From: a virus
Lineage: Duplodnaviria; Caudoviricetes
Direction: 5' to 3' (one strand)
Length of the DNA: 64,000 nt
Virus record (IMG/VR): IMGVR_UViG_3300028048_000047
Location: 64,001-128,000 of that record
How positions within the stretch are numbered: position 1 is the first letter of the stretch; every line of letters starts with the position of its first letter. Positions 19,752 through 31,936 of this stretch are shown in pieces. The notes beneath the pieces are model-generated. The model saw only the letters and a program-made list of their open reading frames with translations, was not told the origin of the DNA and did no database searches. Both the position numbers and the translations under genes were made by a program.

Positions 19752-20504
19752 TAATATGTTTGATATAGATAAAGAGTCTTTGTTGGAATTAAATCATGCT
19801 ATGCAGAAGACAATACTTAATATGGATTATGATAATCCTGTGGAAGTTAGTGCTTTTGCAGGTACTATGATTAGTATAGGTAATCAAATAAATATGCAGT
19901 TGATGAAAAATACAATTAAAGATGGAAAAAGTGATGTACAATCAATGAAAAATATAATTTTTAAAGATGATGAGGAATGAGTAAATATGGTTGAAATAAT
20001 TATTAATGAAACAAAGAATAGTAATGATGAAGTGAATAATCAGATAATTGAATTAATTAATTTGTTGTATCAAGATAATCAACAAACTAAAAATTTATTG
20101 ATTGAATTGAAAGACCTTATTAAAGTGATTCATGATAATCAAGTTGTTAATGCTTCAAAAAATAAAGATGCGTTGATAGATGCGTTAGGTGGTTTAGATA
20201 TTGTTAATGAGGATAAGGAGTAGATTATTATGGTTACTCCATTAAATAAAGATTTACAGAATCTTCGTGTGAGCTTAGAACATTATAAAAATATTTTGAA
20301 AAATGATGAATTGCTTAAAAAAGAAGGTAATCCTGATAATAAATTATTGTTGAGTGATGATGATATTAATAAGATTAATTTAAAGATTGAGGCTATTTCT
20401 GAGAAGATTATAGAGCTTTTGGATAATGATAATGGGTATGTATTAGATGGGTAGTTTTTGGTTTTTTGTATTTTATTATATTTTTTATCAATATCTGAAA
20501 AATA

Positions 20505-20531
20505 AAAACATTTATATATGATTATAGATAT
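20505..20531 (+). promoter_or_regulatory. Archaeal promoter
   Basis: aaaacaTTTATATAtgattatagatat; downstream part same as at 13598. Confidence 0.7.
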
Positions 20532-20697
20532 ACTATATATAATCATAATATAGGAGTTGAATAAAAAATGAGAATAGATGAGAGATACCTTATAAAAGTA
20601 GCAGATTATCAACCAATACAAATATATAAAAAACCAAAACTAAAAAGACCAAAACCAAAAATAGATATAATATCAATTGATACAGGGAGTGTTTTTG

Positions 20698-21108
20698 ATG
20701 AGTATTAACTTCAATATAATTGAAGGAGAGCAAGATAATATAAATTATGATAAATTTAAAAATGACTTTTTAAATCCAAACATGACAATAAATGATTTAA
20801 TCAAAAAATACCATATAAGCAAAAATAAATATAGTAAATTACGAGCAAAAATTTGTGATGAAACAGGTTTAAAATCAAAACCTTCAATTAAGAATAATAA
20901 AAGACTACTTTCCACAGATACAGATTATATACATAAACATAGAGGAAAATTTGCAATAATAAAATCTTTCAATAAAAAAAGATATTATTATGGTACATAT
21001 GATAATCTTGAAGTAGCTAAAAAAATTAGGGATAAATTAGTTGAATACTCATGGGATAAAACACAATTAAATGCAATTAAAGAAGAAATATACAGAATGG
21101 GGAACTGA
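20698..21108 (+). CDS. HTH plus AP2-like DNA-binding protein
   Basis: FAIIKSFNKKRYYYGTYD…AKKIRDKL…SW. Confidence 0.6.
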   Translation: MSINFNIIEGEQDNINYDKFKNDFLNPNMTINDLIKKYHISKNKYSKLRAKICDETGLKSKPSIKNNKRLLSTDTDYIHKHRGKFAIIKSFNKKRYYYGTYDNLEVAKKIRDKLVEYSWDKTQLNAIKEEIYRMGN

Positions 21109-21233
21109 ATACAATACAAACTGATGCTTTTTTAAATTTAAAAATTGTATCATCAGTTAATAAAATTTTAAATATATAGATGGGAATATATATTTTTAGT
21201 GAAATTGAATTATGTAAAAGAAGGTGAGTAATT

Positions 21234-21959
21234 TTGAATAGTATTGAGTCCGTTTGGAAAAAATTGTTAAAAAAATGTATGGAAAAAGGAGTATGGCATA
21301 CAAAAGATGATGGTGATGAAATATTAGAAATTATGAATAATCATTGTTTTATTCCTAATGTCATGGAGAAATTATATTGTGGGGGAAGTGGTATTTCTAC
21401 TTCAATGTTTGTTGATATGATTGGACAAGGAATATTTAATATTGATGGGTATCCTATTAAAGATACTGCACTTCAAAGTTATGTTAAGGAATTAGATGAT
21501 GATTCACATATTTATCTTGAAGGAGAGGATTCATTTGTTTATACTTATCCTGAGCGTTTGTTGAATGTTTGTCAAGTCAATAGATTTGGGGAGGTTGTTA
21601 ATGAAAATCAAATTAAAGTTATGATAGATAGGTTGTTGGATTTCGATGGAAGTAATCGTGCTGTTGCTAATTTATATATGTGTGGTTTTGATAAAGAGGA
21701 ACAACATATTCCTTGTTTGAATTTTGTTCAAGCATTGATTCGTGATAATGAGTTGAGTTTACATATTATGTTCCGTAGTAATGATTTGTTTAGTGCTTTT
21801 CCTTCAAATATGTTATTTATCCAGTATCTTGGGTTTAAAATTAATGATAGATTAAAACAGAAGTATCCTTTGTTGAAGTTTAGAGGGGTTTATTATAATT
21901 CCACAAGTTTACATATATACAAAGGAGATTATGAACAAGTAAAGAAATTATTGGGGTAA
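21234..21959 (+). CDS. thyA: Thymidylate synthase, archaeal type
   Basis: YTYPERL, SNRA, HIPCL, FRSND, PSN, SLHIY. Confidence 0.88.
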   Translation: MNSIESVWKKLLKKCMEKGVWHTKDDGDEILEIMNNHCFIPNVMEKLYCGGSGISTSMFVDMIGQGIFNIDGYPIKDTALQSYVKELDDDSHIYLEGEDSFVYTYPERLLNVCQVNRFGEVVNENQIKVMIDRLLDFDGSNRAVANLYMCGFDKEEQHIPCLNFVQALIRDNELSLHIMFRSNDLFSAFPSNMLFIQYLGFKINDRLKQKYPLLKFRGVYYNSTSLHIYKGDYEQVKKLLG

Positions 21960-22004
21960 TATGTAAAATTTTTATTTTGAAAGTATTATTATCCATATAA
22001 AAAT

Positions 22005-22022
22005 CAAAACATTTATATAGTA
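22005..22022 (+). promoter_or_regulatory. Archaeal promoter
   Basis: caaaacaTTTATATAgta. Confidence 0.6.
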
Positions 22023-22383
22023 TGAATTAAATAGTATTATACACAATATAAATATTACTAAAAAAACAAAAATAGGAAGTGAGAAAGAGGACAAGAATAT
22101 GAGATTTAAACTAATAAAAAATAAAATCATAGATACTTTACAAGAATATGATGAAATACATTTAAACAACATAGATAACACAAAAATAGTGGAAATTCTA
22201 AATAAATTAGATAAAAAAAATGAATATCAAACAAGAGTAATTAATAAATGTATTTCTATTCATAAAAAATATGAATATGATTTTAAACAAAAAACAGAAA
22301 ATATTAAAAATCTAAATCAAGAAAAACAAATTTTAAAAAAAATAATTAAAGAATTAAATGATAACCAAAGGAAGTGAAAGAAC

Positions 22384-23643
22384 ATGAATATATTTAACAG
22401 AAAATCAAAACAAAACGAAGAAATAGAAAATTTAAACAATAATTTAAATCAGATAAAAAATGATTTAGAGGAAACACAAAAAAAGGTACATAATAATAGA
22501 TTAAAATTAGACAGTACCGAAAACAGTTTAAATAAATCAAATACAGAAATAATTGAATTAAAATTACAATTAAACGAACAAAAAGAATATTATAAAAGCG
22601 TATTTGAAAAATATGAATCTCAATTTTTAAAGTTGAATAAAAAAATGGATATTCTAACAAAAATGATAAAAGTAGTAACTGATGATTATACATCACCAAA
22701 AAAAGAGGAGAATAAAGTAAAACAAACACAAAAAAAGAACATTACAGAAACATCAAAAAAACATTTATATAATATTAGAGGTGAAACACCTACAAAATTA
22801 TATGTGCAACCATTGGAAATTATAGGAAGAAATCAAATAAAAAACAAATCAAGAATTTTAAAATTCACAATAGATGATGTGATTTCAATAAAAGAAAATC
22901 TTAAATATTTCCATGAAAAAAAATATACCATTACGAAAATTGGAGAATTATATTCTATTAATAAAGACACTATTGCAAGATTAATATATAACATAGAAGA
23001 AGGTGTATTTGATGAAGTAATAGAGAAGTACACATCCATTAATCAAAAACATGGCATTAAAAATTCCTCTTCTCATTTTCGGGAGATACCACCATCTTTA
23101 AGAAGCCGTTTAAAAGGTAACTTCATAATAGTTAATGGAGGAGAATTACTCAATCAAACAACAGGTAGAAAAACAAAATATACCATACAAGACATAATTG
23201 AAATACAAAAAATGATTCCTGATTTTAAAAAGTATCCTACTATTGAAGATATGGAGGAATGTTTGGATATGAGTATTCAATCATTAAAAACATTAATTTG
23301 GAGAATAGAAGAAGGATATTTTGATGAATTGATTAATGAATACTTATCAAGAAAATACACTTATGAAAATGATGTTAATAGATTATTTATTGATAATAAA
23401 AATACTGGTTTAACTATTGATAATTGTATTTCCATAATAGAATGTATTATGAATTCATCTGATAAAAGGGAAGTTGTTAATAATTTAATAAGAATGTATC
23501 CTAATGTTGATTCAAAATATATCCGTATAATTGCTGATGAGTATAATAATCCTAATTTAAATAGAATACTAAAAAAAGAAGTTAAAAAAATTGAAAAGAT
23601 AGATAATCCTCAAAAAAGAAGAGAATTAGGAGTATATTTATGA
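22384..23643 (+). CDS. Coiled-coil protein with three internal HTH-like repeats
   Basis: FTIDDV…LIYNIEEGVFDE / YTIQDI…LIWRIEEGYFDE / LTIDNC. Confidence 0.7.
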   Translation: MNIFNRKSKQNEEIENLNNNLNQIKNDLEETQKKVHNNRLKLDSTENSLNKSNTEIIELKLQLNEQKEYYKSVFEKYESQFLKLNKKMDILTKMIKVVTDDYTSPKKEENKVKQTQKKNITETSKKHLYNIRGETPTKLYVQPLEIIGRNQIKNKSRILKFTIDDVISIKENLKYFHEKKYTITKIGELYSINKDTIARLIYNIEEGVFDEVIEKYTSINQKHGIKNSSSHFREIPPSLRSRLKGNFIIVNGGELLNQTTGRKTKYTIQDIIEIQKMIPDFKKYPTIEDMEECLDMSIQSLKTLIWRIEEGYFDELINEYLSRKYTYENDVNRLFIDNKNTGLTIDNCISIIECIMNSSDKREVVNNLIRMYPNVDSKYIRIIADEYNNPNLNRILKKEVKKIEKIDNPQKRRELGVYL

Positions 23644-24047
23644 TTGATAGGAATACCCCAAATAAAAATATAGCAATGAATATTCATGGTTTATTTCAAG
23701 ATTATAAACTTATGAAATTAAATCTTCATTCACAAATCATAACCTATCTTGATAAAACATTAGGAAAGAACATAATTACAGACATTGGAGGAATGAATGT
23801 TTTCTGTGATTATAATGAAAAGACAAACTCTTTAAGTGTACAAATCAAATTAAAAGAATTTTTGGAAGATGACCAAGTCAGAAGTTTTTGTGATGAATTT
23901 GATTTAAAACTAAAAGATATTTATGTTATCTATGATAATTTTAAAATATTGGAACTACCTTCGGATACTAATTTAAATGATTATAAGTATGCTTGGATTA
24001 AATATAATTTCATCAGAAAACAATTTCTCAAAAATTTGTATATATGA
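23640..24047 (+). CDS. FC(D/E/N)xF family protein
   Basis: SFCDEFDLKL…KYNF. Confidence 0.6.
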   Translation: MIDRNTPNKNIAMNIHGLFQDYKLMKLNLHSQIITYLDKTLGKNIITDIGGMNVFCDYNEKTNSLSVQIKLKEFLEDDQVRSFCDEFDLKLKDIYVIYDNFKILELPSDTNLNDYKYAWIKYNFIRKQFLKNLYI

Positions 24048-24394
24048 AGGAGGTGTATGAAATTTGGATTTAATTGTAGAAAACAAGGTAAAAATAAGTG
24101 AACTGTATAGAATATTCTTTGATGGATTAGATACAAATAATAAGATATATTATTTAAGGTTTAATTATACTGATGGGGGGTTTCAAAAAATTACATTAAA
24201 CAACATACATAAAATTATATTTTATAATTATTCAATGATAATCTTCTCAGAAGAAGATGATAGATATTTATTTGAATATGATAAAATGGATAATGTTGAA
24301 ATACTTTGTATGGGTGAGTAATTGTGAACTTAAAAGAATTAAGAATAATTAAATAATAATATTAACAAATAAATAATTAATAGGAAGTATAATT

Positions 24395-24904
24395 ATGACT
24401 ATTTTATCTGATAAAGATATTAAGAAATATTTAGATAAAGGGAAGATTGAAATAAATCCAATTAATATTAAAAGTATTCAACCTGCGAGTGTAGATTTAC
24501 ATTTAAATTGGGATTTGAAGGATATTGATGGTAATGTATATGATATTAATAAAAATGAATATCTTTTAATTCCCAATGAGTTTATTTTGGGAAGTACTTT
24601 GGAAGAGGTGAAAATCCCTAATGATTTAGTTGGAATTATTGAGGGAAGGAGTAGTGTTGGTAGATTAGGAATAACTGCACATATTACAGCAGGTTATATT
24701 GACCCTGGTTTTAATGGGAGAATTACATTAGAAATAACTAATGTTAGTACAAAACCATTTATTCTAAAAAAAGGAATGAGTATTTGTCAAATAGTATTTC
24801 AAGAGTTGTCATGTGAATGTGAAAATCCTTATGGTAGTGACGGTTTGAATTCAAAATATCAGAATAGTAAAGGTACAGTAACATCAAAATATGAGGAGTT
24901 ATGA
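24395..24904 (+). CDS. dcd: dCTP deaminase
   Basis: ILSD, QPASVDL, EGRSS.GRLG, AGYIDPGF.G.ITLE, SKYQ. Confidence 0.9.
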   Translation: MTILSDKDIKKYLDKGKIEINPINIKSIQPASVDLHLNWDLKDIDGNVYDINKNEYLLIPNEFILGSTLEEVKIPNDLVGIIEGRSSVGRLGITAHITAGYIDPGFNGRITLEITNVSTKPFILKKGMSICQIVFQELSCECENPYGSDGLNSKYQNSKGTVTSKYEEL

Positions 24905-24954
24905 TAAAGTGAAAGAGTTATGTTATGATAAAGTGAAAGAGTTATGTTATGATA
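24898..24954 (+). repeat. 24-bp tandem duplication (about 2.4 copies)
   Basis: gttatgataaagtgaaagagttat x2, encoding YDKVKELC x2. Confidence 0.9.
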
Positions 24955-25123
24955 TAGTCATAAAAATAGGTGTTGTTGATGAAGATGAAGATAAAGCATT
25001 AAGCCAGTATGACCATATATTATCTTTTATTGAAGAGAATTTACCTTATGGTAATTATACAGTTGAAATTGTAGAAGTGGGAGAATATATGTGATATTAA
25101 TATATTAAAATGAGGGTGTTAAT

Positions 25124-25834
25124 ATGTCAAAAATTAAAGAATTGGGATTATCATGTTATAATGCACATATAATGGGTGATAAAGAAGGAAGAAATTATAA
25201 ATTAGTTGAACTACAAGTCTTAATTCGTAAAAAATTAGGACATAGATATATTTTATATGATATTAATAATACTGAAACAAGAATTAATGATGATGGACGA
25301 TTAGTTTTTCCAAGCATAACTTTTCGTATAAAGAAAAATAAGAACGATTCAATATTATCCATTTGTGAGGAAATGATGAATTTATTTGAAATTAATAGTT
25401 TTCCTCCTATTATACTTTGGTATGATACTGAATTTGAAGTTGTTTTGGATATTTCGGAGTACTGGAAAAATATGATATGTGAAGGAGTATCAACAAAAAC
25501 AATATCACCTGATTTGATTCAATTATTTACAAAATTGGAATATGATGAAAGACATAAATTATGTAAAGAAGCAGAAGATTTAATTTTTTTATTTGATAGT
25601 TATGATATATTAGTTAATAATATTGTTCCTGAAACAGAAAAACAAGAAAGTGCTAAAAAAGACTTATTGAGTTTTGCTAAAAAAAAGAGGGAATGGTATG
25701 AGAATTTCTGTAAATATTTAGTTCCATATGATGATTTGAGTTATGATGAGAAGCAACCACTTATTGATTCTGCACTTATAAGGATGAATGAGTATATTAA
25801 TTGGCATTTTGCAGAGATAGTGTGCAAATTTTAA
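25124..25834 (+). CDS. Hypothetical protein
   Basis: 236-aa ORF with RBS. Confidence 0.75.
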   Translation: MSKIKELGLSCYNAHIMGDKEGRNYKLVELQVLIRKKLGHRYILYDINNTETRINDDGRLVFPSITFRIKKNKNDSILSICEEMMNLFEINSFPPIILWYDTEFEVVLDISEYWKNMICEGVSTKTISPDLIQLFTKLEYDERHKLCKEAEDLIFLFDSYDILVNNIVPETEKQESAKKDLLSFAKKKREWYENFCKYLVPYDDLSYDEKQPLIDSALIRMNEYINWHFAEIVCKF

Positions 25835-26173
25835 ATCATTCACGGTTTTATTAAGAAAATAATGGTTAAAATAGATGGGAAGGATAATTATGGAAAAATA
25901 TGTACAGTTGAGTAATGGAGTATTTTTAAGTGATAGATTTGTGGGAGGTTATGACCCTAAGGTCTGTGATTTTTATGTTGAAGATAACTATGTGAATCAT
26001 AGGTATTTTAGAGAGTCTGATGAGTATCATATGGCGTTAATCACATTATTGAATGATAGACAGGGTTATATTAATTTTATTATTGATTTTATTAAAAAGA
26101 AAATGGAATGTTGTGAAAATGATGAATATTGTAGAAAAATATTTCGTAATTTGTTGAATGAAATAGAATCTCC

Positions 26174-26199
26174 GTAAAGTTTATATAATTTTATAGAGT
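26174..26199 (+). promoter_or_regulatory. Archaeal promoter
   Basis: gtaaagTTTATATAattttatagagt. Confidence 0.55.
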
Positions 26200-26373
26200 A
26201 TATTAAAGTATAAGGTGCAAATAAAATGAAAATAAAAGAATTAATTAATGAACTAAAAGAGTACAACCAAGAAGCAGACATAACTTTAACAACATCAGAA
26301 ACAATAACATTATCATTTATATCCGATGAAAATGGAACAAAAAAAGATACTAAACAAGTATTCATAGAAGGAT

Positions 26374-27192
26374 GTGATTTTGATGGAAGACTCAACAATG
26401 AAGAATATGTATGAACTTATGGGTAATCTATTCCGAGCAATATCTGACATTAAGTACTATTTGGAGTACATTCCACAAGAATATTATGGTGATATTGAAA
26501 ATATATCAAAAGAGATATTTTCATTTAGGAATAAATGTATTGAAAATTTGAACACCCCATTAATTGCATTAAAAGCATATACTGAGAATAAATGTAGTTG
26601 GGAGCGAGCAGGAGAAATATGTGATTTACATATATTTGGATTAAGAGATTTTTGTAATAAAAAAGGAGTTGATTGGAATAATTTAAGGATAGATGAGTAT
26701 TATGGATTAGAAGGTGAAGAGGGGATTAATGAAATAAAAAAAAATTGGAAATTATTAGACCCTAACCATGATTTTGAACCAATAAAATATAATGGTGATT
26801 CAGTATATACTCAATATCCTATTCTTCAAGATAAATCTAAAAATGAGTTAAATTCCAATGAACTTAATAGTAAGTATTTTAAGTATAAATCAAAAATGTT
26901 AATCATAGAGTACTCTAAAAAATTCTATGAAACATTGGAATCTTTGTCAAATAATCCATTATCAGAATCACAAGTTAATACTTATAAAAAAGATAAGTTT
27001 TTATTAAAATTAATTGATGGTATTGAAGCAGAAAATATAAAAAATATACAATTATTAGAAAATACACTTGATTTATGTTATGAATTATTGAATAAAAGTA
27101 AAGAAACAAAAAATGTAAAATATTTATCTAAATCTCTTGAACAATTAAAAAAAGTTATTGTTGATGAATATTATTATTACTCTGTGAAGTGA
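26374..27192 (+). CDS. Hypothetical protein with UPF0175-like HTH
   Basis: CSWERAGEICDL…LRDFCNKKGV. Confidence 0.55.
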   Translation: MILMEDSTMKNMYELMGNLFRAISDIKYYLEYIPQEYYGDIENISKEIFSFRNKCIENLNTPLIALKAYTENKCSWERAGEICDLHIFGLRDFCNKKGVDWNNLRIDEYYGLEGEEGINEIKKNWKLLDPNHDFEPIKYNGDSVYTQYPILQDKSKNELNSNELNSKYFKYKSKMLIIEYSKKFYETLESLSNNPLSESQVNTYKKDKFLLKLIDGIEAENIKNIQLLENTLDLCYELLNKSKETKNVKYLSKSLEQLKKVIVDEYYYYSVK

Positions 27193-27198
27193 ATATTT

Positions 27199-27618
27199 AT
27201 GAAGGATAGATTTAAATGGGTTGTGAAAAAAACAAGAAAAGGAACATTTTATTTTGTTCAAGACATTGAAACTGATGAAATATTACATTGTGAAGATATA
27301 ATAAACTTATTGAATAAATTGTGTCATGATTTAAATTATCTTCATTTACGATTTTTAAATAAAGAGTTTAATACTAAAATAACGGATATGAAGGTAACTG
27401 AAAGATATAGATATGATGAAAATTTCCCATATCATATTAAGGACACAAAAAATGAATATGGACAGTATTCTCGTTTGATTGATATTAAAAATGCTTGTGC
27501 AATTATGAATGATTATGAGAATATGTTAAGATATAGGGAAGAAGAAATCAATAAATTGAATAATAAAATTCAAGAATTAAAAAATGTTGAAAAAAAGGGA
27601 ATAGATGGGAAATGTTAA
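27199..27618 (+). CDS. RF…LLNxL family protein (two domains)
   Basis: MKDRF…IINLLNKL; ERY…AIMND. Confidence 0.6.
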   Translation: MKDRFKWVVKKTRKGTFYFVQDIETDEILHCEDIINLLNKLCHDLNYLHLRFLNKEFNTKITDMKVTERYRYDENFPYHIKDTKNEYGQYSRLIDIKNACAIMNDYENMLRYREEEINKLNNKIQELKNVEKKGIDGKC

Positions 27619-28359
27619 ATTCAAAAAGAATAAAATCCTTTTTTGAAAGTAATCCTAATGGTTTTATAGAATTAGTACAATGTGATGGTAATAATTTCAG
27701 ATTATATAATGATATTACTTATTCATTAGATGAAACAAGTATTACTTTTGTGAATATTACTTATACTTTTAAAAAATATGGGAATAGTTATATTAAACAA
27801 GGTACTTTTGTATTACCTTTTAGGAGTATTGTTCGTGTAGAATATATTAAAAAACGATATGAATAGATGGAGTTGATAGTTTGACTTATAATCCTTATGA
27901 AGCAGAATTATATAGATTAACTCGAAATAAAGCAAGACTTCGTGTTTTGATAGATAGTACACGAAATATTAAAAAAAGAGAGATATATCGTAAAAAACAT
28001 GAAGAAACTTCAAGACAGTTAGAAGAACATTTAAAATGGATAAATATATACAGTTGATTATATATGAATGTGAAAAAATTAAAAAAAGAATTAGAGCAAT
28101 GTGATGGTGAATCAGAAATAATTATTTTTGTTAAATCAGAAAATAATGTATATAGACCTTTTAAAAATATTGAAATGAATATATTCAATAAAGATAGTTT
28201 TAACGAGAGCATACATTTAGATGTGAGTATATATAAAGAATACAAGAATATTCATTTCCCAAATAACTTGAAAAAAGAGGATGTTGAATTGTTAGTTGAA
28301 AAAAGAGATATGTTATTAGAAGAATTAAAAGAAATAGAAGAAGAATTAGGAGAATTTAA

Positions 28360-28725
28360 ATGAATAATCCATCATATTATAATAGAAATGGTTTAAGTCC
28401 CATAAAAGCATTTGAAAAAGGATTATTGAGTAATGAAGAGTATATAGGATTTTGTAAAGGAAATATTATCAAATATACAATCCGTGCAGGTGAAAAGGAG
28501 GACGATAGTACAATGGATATTATCAAAGCAGTGGATTATTTACATTATCTTAATCAAGCATTAAAAATAAAAAAAGAAACACAAAACAAAAATACACAAA
28601 ACAAAAATACACCTATTGATATAACATTAGATTGTGATGATGATTATGATACTATATTAAATCATTTAGAAGAAAAAGTAAGTAAACTTAAAAAAGAATG
28701 GGAACTAAAAAAAGGAAAGAAATGA
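28360..28725 (+). CDS. DUF3310 (SaV-like) phage protein
   Basis: NNPSYY…GFCKGNIIKY..RAG.K…DI.KA..YL. Confidence 0.8.
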   Translation: MNNPSYYNRNGLSPIKAFEKGLLSNEEYIGFCKGNIIKYTIRAGEKEDDSTMDIIKAVDYLHYLNQALKIKKETQNKNTQNKNTPIDITLDCDDDYDTILNHLEEKVSKLKKEWELKKGKK

Positions 28726-29935
28726 GGTATATGTATGAATTATTGTAATGTTTGTGATAATTTTTTAGATAATGATGAGTATTTATCATGTAATTTTAAA
28801 AATTATTTAAAAATAAGTTTTAATATGGACGATTTATATAAAAATTGTCCTAAAAAAAATGGAGATGGATAATATGGTTAAAAAAATAAATAAATATACA
28901 CATGACTTTGTACACTTTATGAATAAACATGAAGGAAGTTTTACTATTAAATTAACCAATGGGGATGTATTCCACTTTGAAAAAGACGAATATAATTATG
29001 ATGAAAACTATTTATATATTAATAAAGAAAAATTGGAATATATGGTAAAATTAGATAATATTTGTACTTTAATTATTCATAAATGAAAGAAGGGATAATT
29101 TGAAACAATATAAAACTACTTTTAAATGTAGGTGTATGAATATTACTAATCATCATTGTTCTGGTGTAGAAGTAATGAGTGGTACATGGAAATGGCATAT
29201 CAGTTTAACACAATTAATTTATCCATATGGGTTACATAGAGTTTTATATAAGTTAAAGGATAATGATTTGAATAAAATTGATGAAGAATGGATTAAAGTT
29301 AAATATAGAAATAGTAATAGGTTACCTTTTTTATGAAAAATTTAAGTTATGGTGGAGATATAATGGAATTAAATGAAGCATTCATTAAATTAAATGAATT
29401 ACATTTGGAGTTTGGTAATTTGATTAATGAATTGGAAAAAGTTGATAATGGTGAGGATATGGATTATTATGATGATTTGACACAAGATATTCATTGGAAT
29501 AATGTTATGTTAAGTAATCGTTTGAAAAAAATGAAACATGAAAGAAGGTATCATTAATGGATATTAAAAAACAACAATTAGAAGATTATTATTACGATTT
29601 AGTTATGAATTGTCCTGTTGAAAAAGGAAAAGTATGGGATATTGAGTGTCATATTAGAGATATTGTTGAGGAAAAAGGTTATGATTTGATTAATTTTTGT
29701 AGTTTCCCTTTATTTATTAAAGGTAGATATATGGGGAATTATAATAGTATTAAAGGTTATTCCAAACAAATTAAATATTTGTTTCGTCAAATAATAGGTT
29801 GGGGATATGAATGTTATTATAGGAAAAATTATGAAAAATCATCTGAGTCATACATAATCTTTCCTAAAAATTTAATATATGAATTAGAAGATAATTTTAA
29901 AAAAAATCTTAAAAATTATAATGGGGTAGAATCAA

Positions 29936-30076
29936 ATGAAATCGTGTAGGAATTGTTTATATGGTTCAAATAATGGGAATGTTTATGTTGTTTGTAAATA
30001 TTTTAATAAAGTAATTAATACGAAACATTTTAGTGGATGTTCCAGTTTTAAAGTGAGAAAAATAAAAAATGGTTAA
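29936..30076 (+). CDS. Small 4-Cys protein (46 aa; not in ORF track)
   Basis: MKSCRNCLY…C…GCSSF. Confidence 0.55.
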   Translation: MKSCRNCLYGSNNGNVYVVCKYFNKVINTKHFSGCSSFKVRKIKNG

Positions 30077-30481
30077 ATTATTGGAAAATGGGATGTGGTT
30101 TGAGTGGGTGATGTTGAGGCAATTGGATTATTATTGGAAGAATTAGTATTTGTTATGGAAGATATGAATAATCATAATGATTTATCTGATAGTAATTTTT
30201 TGTTTGGGTTGAATCTTTTAATGATGGTGATTAATGGATATGCTGAACAGGGTATTGACTTGGATATTCGAGATAAGCAGATTATGTATATGGATAATTT
30301 AATTAAAAATTATAAGTTGAAAATTAATAAAAAATATGATTATGATAAGGTTCATATATATCGTCAAAGACTTGATGAATGTACTTGTTTTGAGGAGTTA
30401 TATAATTTATGCGATGAGTTAATATATGGACAAGAATGTGAATTAAATAAGGAATTATTTACCATATCTCCAATTAAATGA

Positions 30482-30814
30482 ATGGTGATGATTATGAAAT
30501 TGGAAACTATTTTATATTTGAATGAAGAAATATCTAAACTAAATGAATTACTTGAAATTCTCAAAAAAGATTATCTCAAACAAATAGATGATGATTTATG
30601 GACAATTGATTTAGAAACATATCCAGTATTCATAAATGGATATGATATTAAAATTGAATCAAAATCAAAATTAACCAAAAAGTATATAATAAGATTCTGT
30701 GAAGATTTTGGTGTAAGTCTAAAAAAATTTGAAGATAATAATGAAGAAAACAAGTATATATATGTCTTTGAGAAACAAAAAGACATTTTAAGTTCATTAA
30801 ACATATTATATTAA
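30482..30814 (+). CDS. FC(D/E/N)xF family protein
   Basis: RFCEDFGVSL…YIYVF. Confidence 0.6.
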   Translation: MVMIMKLETILYLNEEISKLNELLEILKKDYLKQIDDDLWTIDLETYPVFINGYDIKIESKSKLTKKYIIRFCEDFGVSLKKFEDNNEENKYIYVFEKQKDILSSLNILY

Positions 30815-30837
30815 AGATTAAAGGAGGTTTTTTAAGT

Positions 30838-31578
30838 ATGTTTAAATTAGTATTAAGTGATACTACTATTATTAAAGAAGCATTTAATAGTATTAGTAAA
30901 ATAGTTGATGAAATAGCATGTATTGTTGATGAAGAAGGATTTAGAGTATCTGCAATGGATAGGAGTCATATATGTTTTGTACTTCTTAATTTAAAAGCAT
31001 CAGTATTTGATGAATTTAAATGTGATGTGCCTGAGAAAATATACATAGATACAAATGAATTTAACACAATCCTCAAAAGAATTAAAAAAAGTGATGTATT
31101 AAGTTTAAGTATTGACTCAAATGATTTAATTATTGATTTAGAAGGAGAATTTGATAGAAAATTTAAAATAAAATTAATTGCTATGGATTATGAAAGTCCT
31201 GTTCCTCCTACCGTTGAATTTCCTGCATCAATATCAGTACCAAGTAATATTGTTAATCAAGCAATTACTGATATGGAACTTTTTAGTGAGAAAACTCATT
31301 TTATAATTAATGATGAATACTTTTTCACAAAATCTGATGGGGAATTTGGAGATGCACACTTTAAATATTTGCATGGGGAATCTATTAATGGAAGTTACGA
31401 TTCTTGTTTTAGCATTCCTAAATTAAAAGATATTTTTTCTGCTTCAAAATTTAGTGATAATGTTACTGTAAATCTTGGTAACAGTATGCCATTAGGTTTA
31501 AACTTTGAACTAATCACAGGGGACGGTGAATTAAGTTATCTACTTGCACCAAGATTAGAAACTGAGGATGATGATTAA
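30838..31578 (+). CDS. pcn: PCNA sliding clamp
   Basis: 246 aa; AMDRSH, G..GD, L.YLLAPR plus acidic C-terminus; AGGAGG RBS. Confidence 0.95.
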   Translation: MFKLVLSDTTIIKEAFNSISKIVDEIACIVDEEGFRVSAMDRSHICFVLLNLKASVFDEFKCDVPEKIYIDTNEFNTILKRIKKSDVLSLSIDSNDLIIDLEGEFDRKFKIKLIAMDYESPVPPTVEFPASISVPSNIVNQAITDMELFSEKTHFIINDEYFFTKSDGEFGDAHFKYLHGESINGSYDSCFSIPKLKDIFSASKFSDNVTVNLGNSMPLGLNFELITGDGELSYLLAPRLETEDDD

Positions 31579-31581
31579 TAA

Positions 31582-31866
31582 ATGTTGGAATTTATAGTAG
31601 GATTCATATTTGGAACTATTATTGGAATAAGTATTTATCATATTTTAAAACATAATATGAAAAAGTTTGAAGTTAAAAAAACAATGGAAAATATTCGTGA
31701 AGAGTTCCATGGATATTTTGAAGAATATGAATCTAATCAACATATTATTTGTCCCACTTGTGGAAATTTAATGAATTTGGATAAAAAAGTAATTGTTATT
31801 GAAAATGGTGATGTTATTAATTTAATTTATACTTGTCCATATTGCAGTACTCAAAAATGGATATAA
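31582..31866 (+). CDS. Membrane-anchored zinc-ribbon protein
   Basis: N-terminal TM segment; CPTC…CPYC. Confidence 0.6.
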   Translation: MLEFIVGFIFGTIIGISIYHILKHNMKKFEVKKTMENIREEFHGYFEEYESNQHIICPTCGNLMNLDKKVIVIENGDVINLIYTCPYCSTQKWI

Positions 31867-31936
31867 ATTTTTTATTATATTGAAACCATCATCATTTGTT
31901 ATTATTATAATTTAAACATATGAGGATTTAATCAAA

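Noticed and set aside
28579-28612. 15-bp tandem duplication (TQNKN x2) in the DUF3310 gene
   Set aside because: Ordinary in-frame slippage in a linker, as is the 24-bp duplication at 24898
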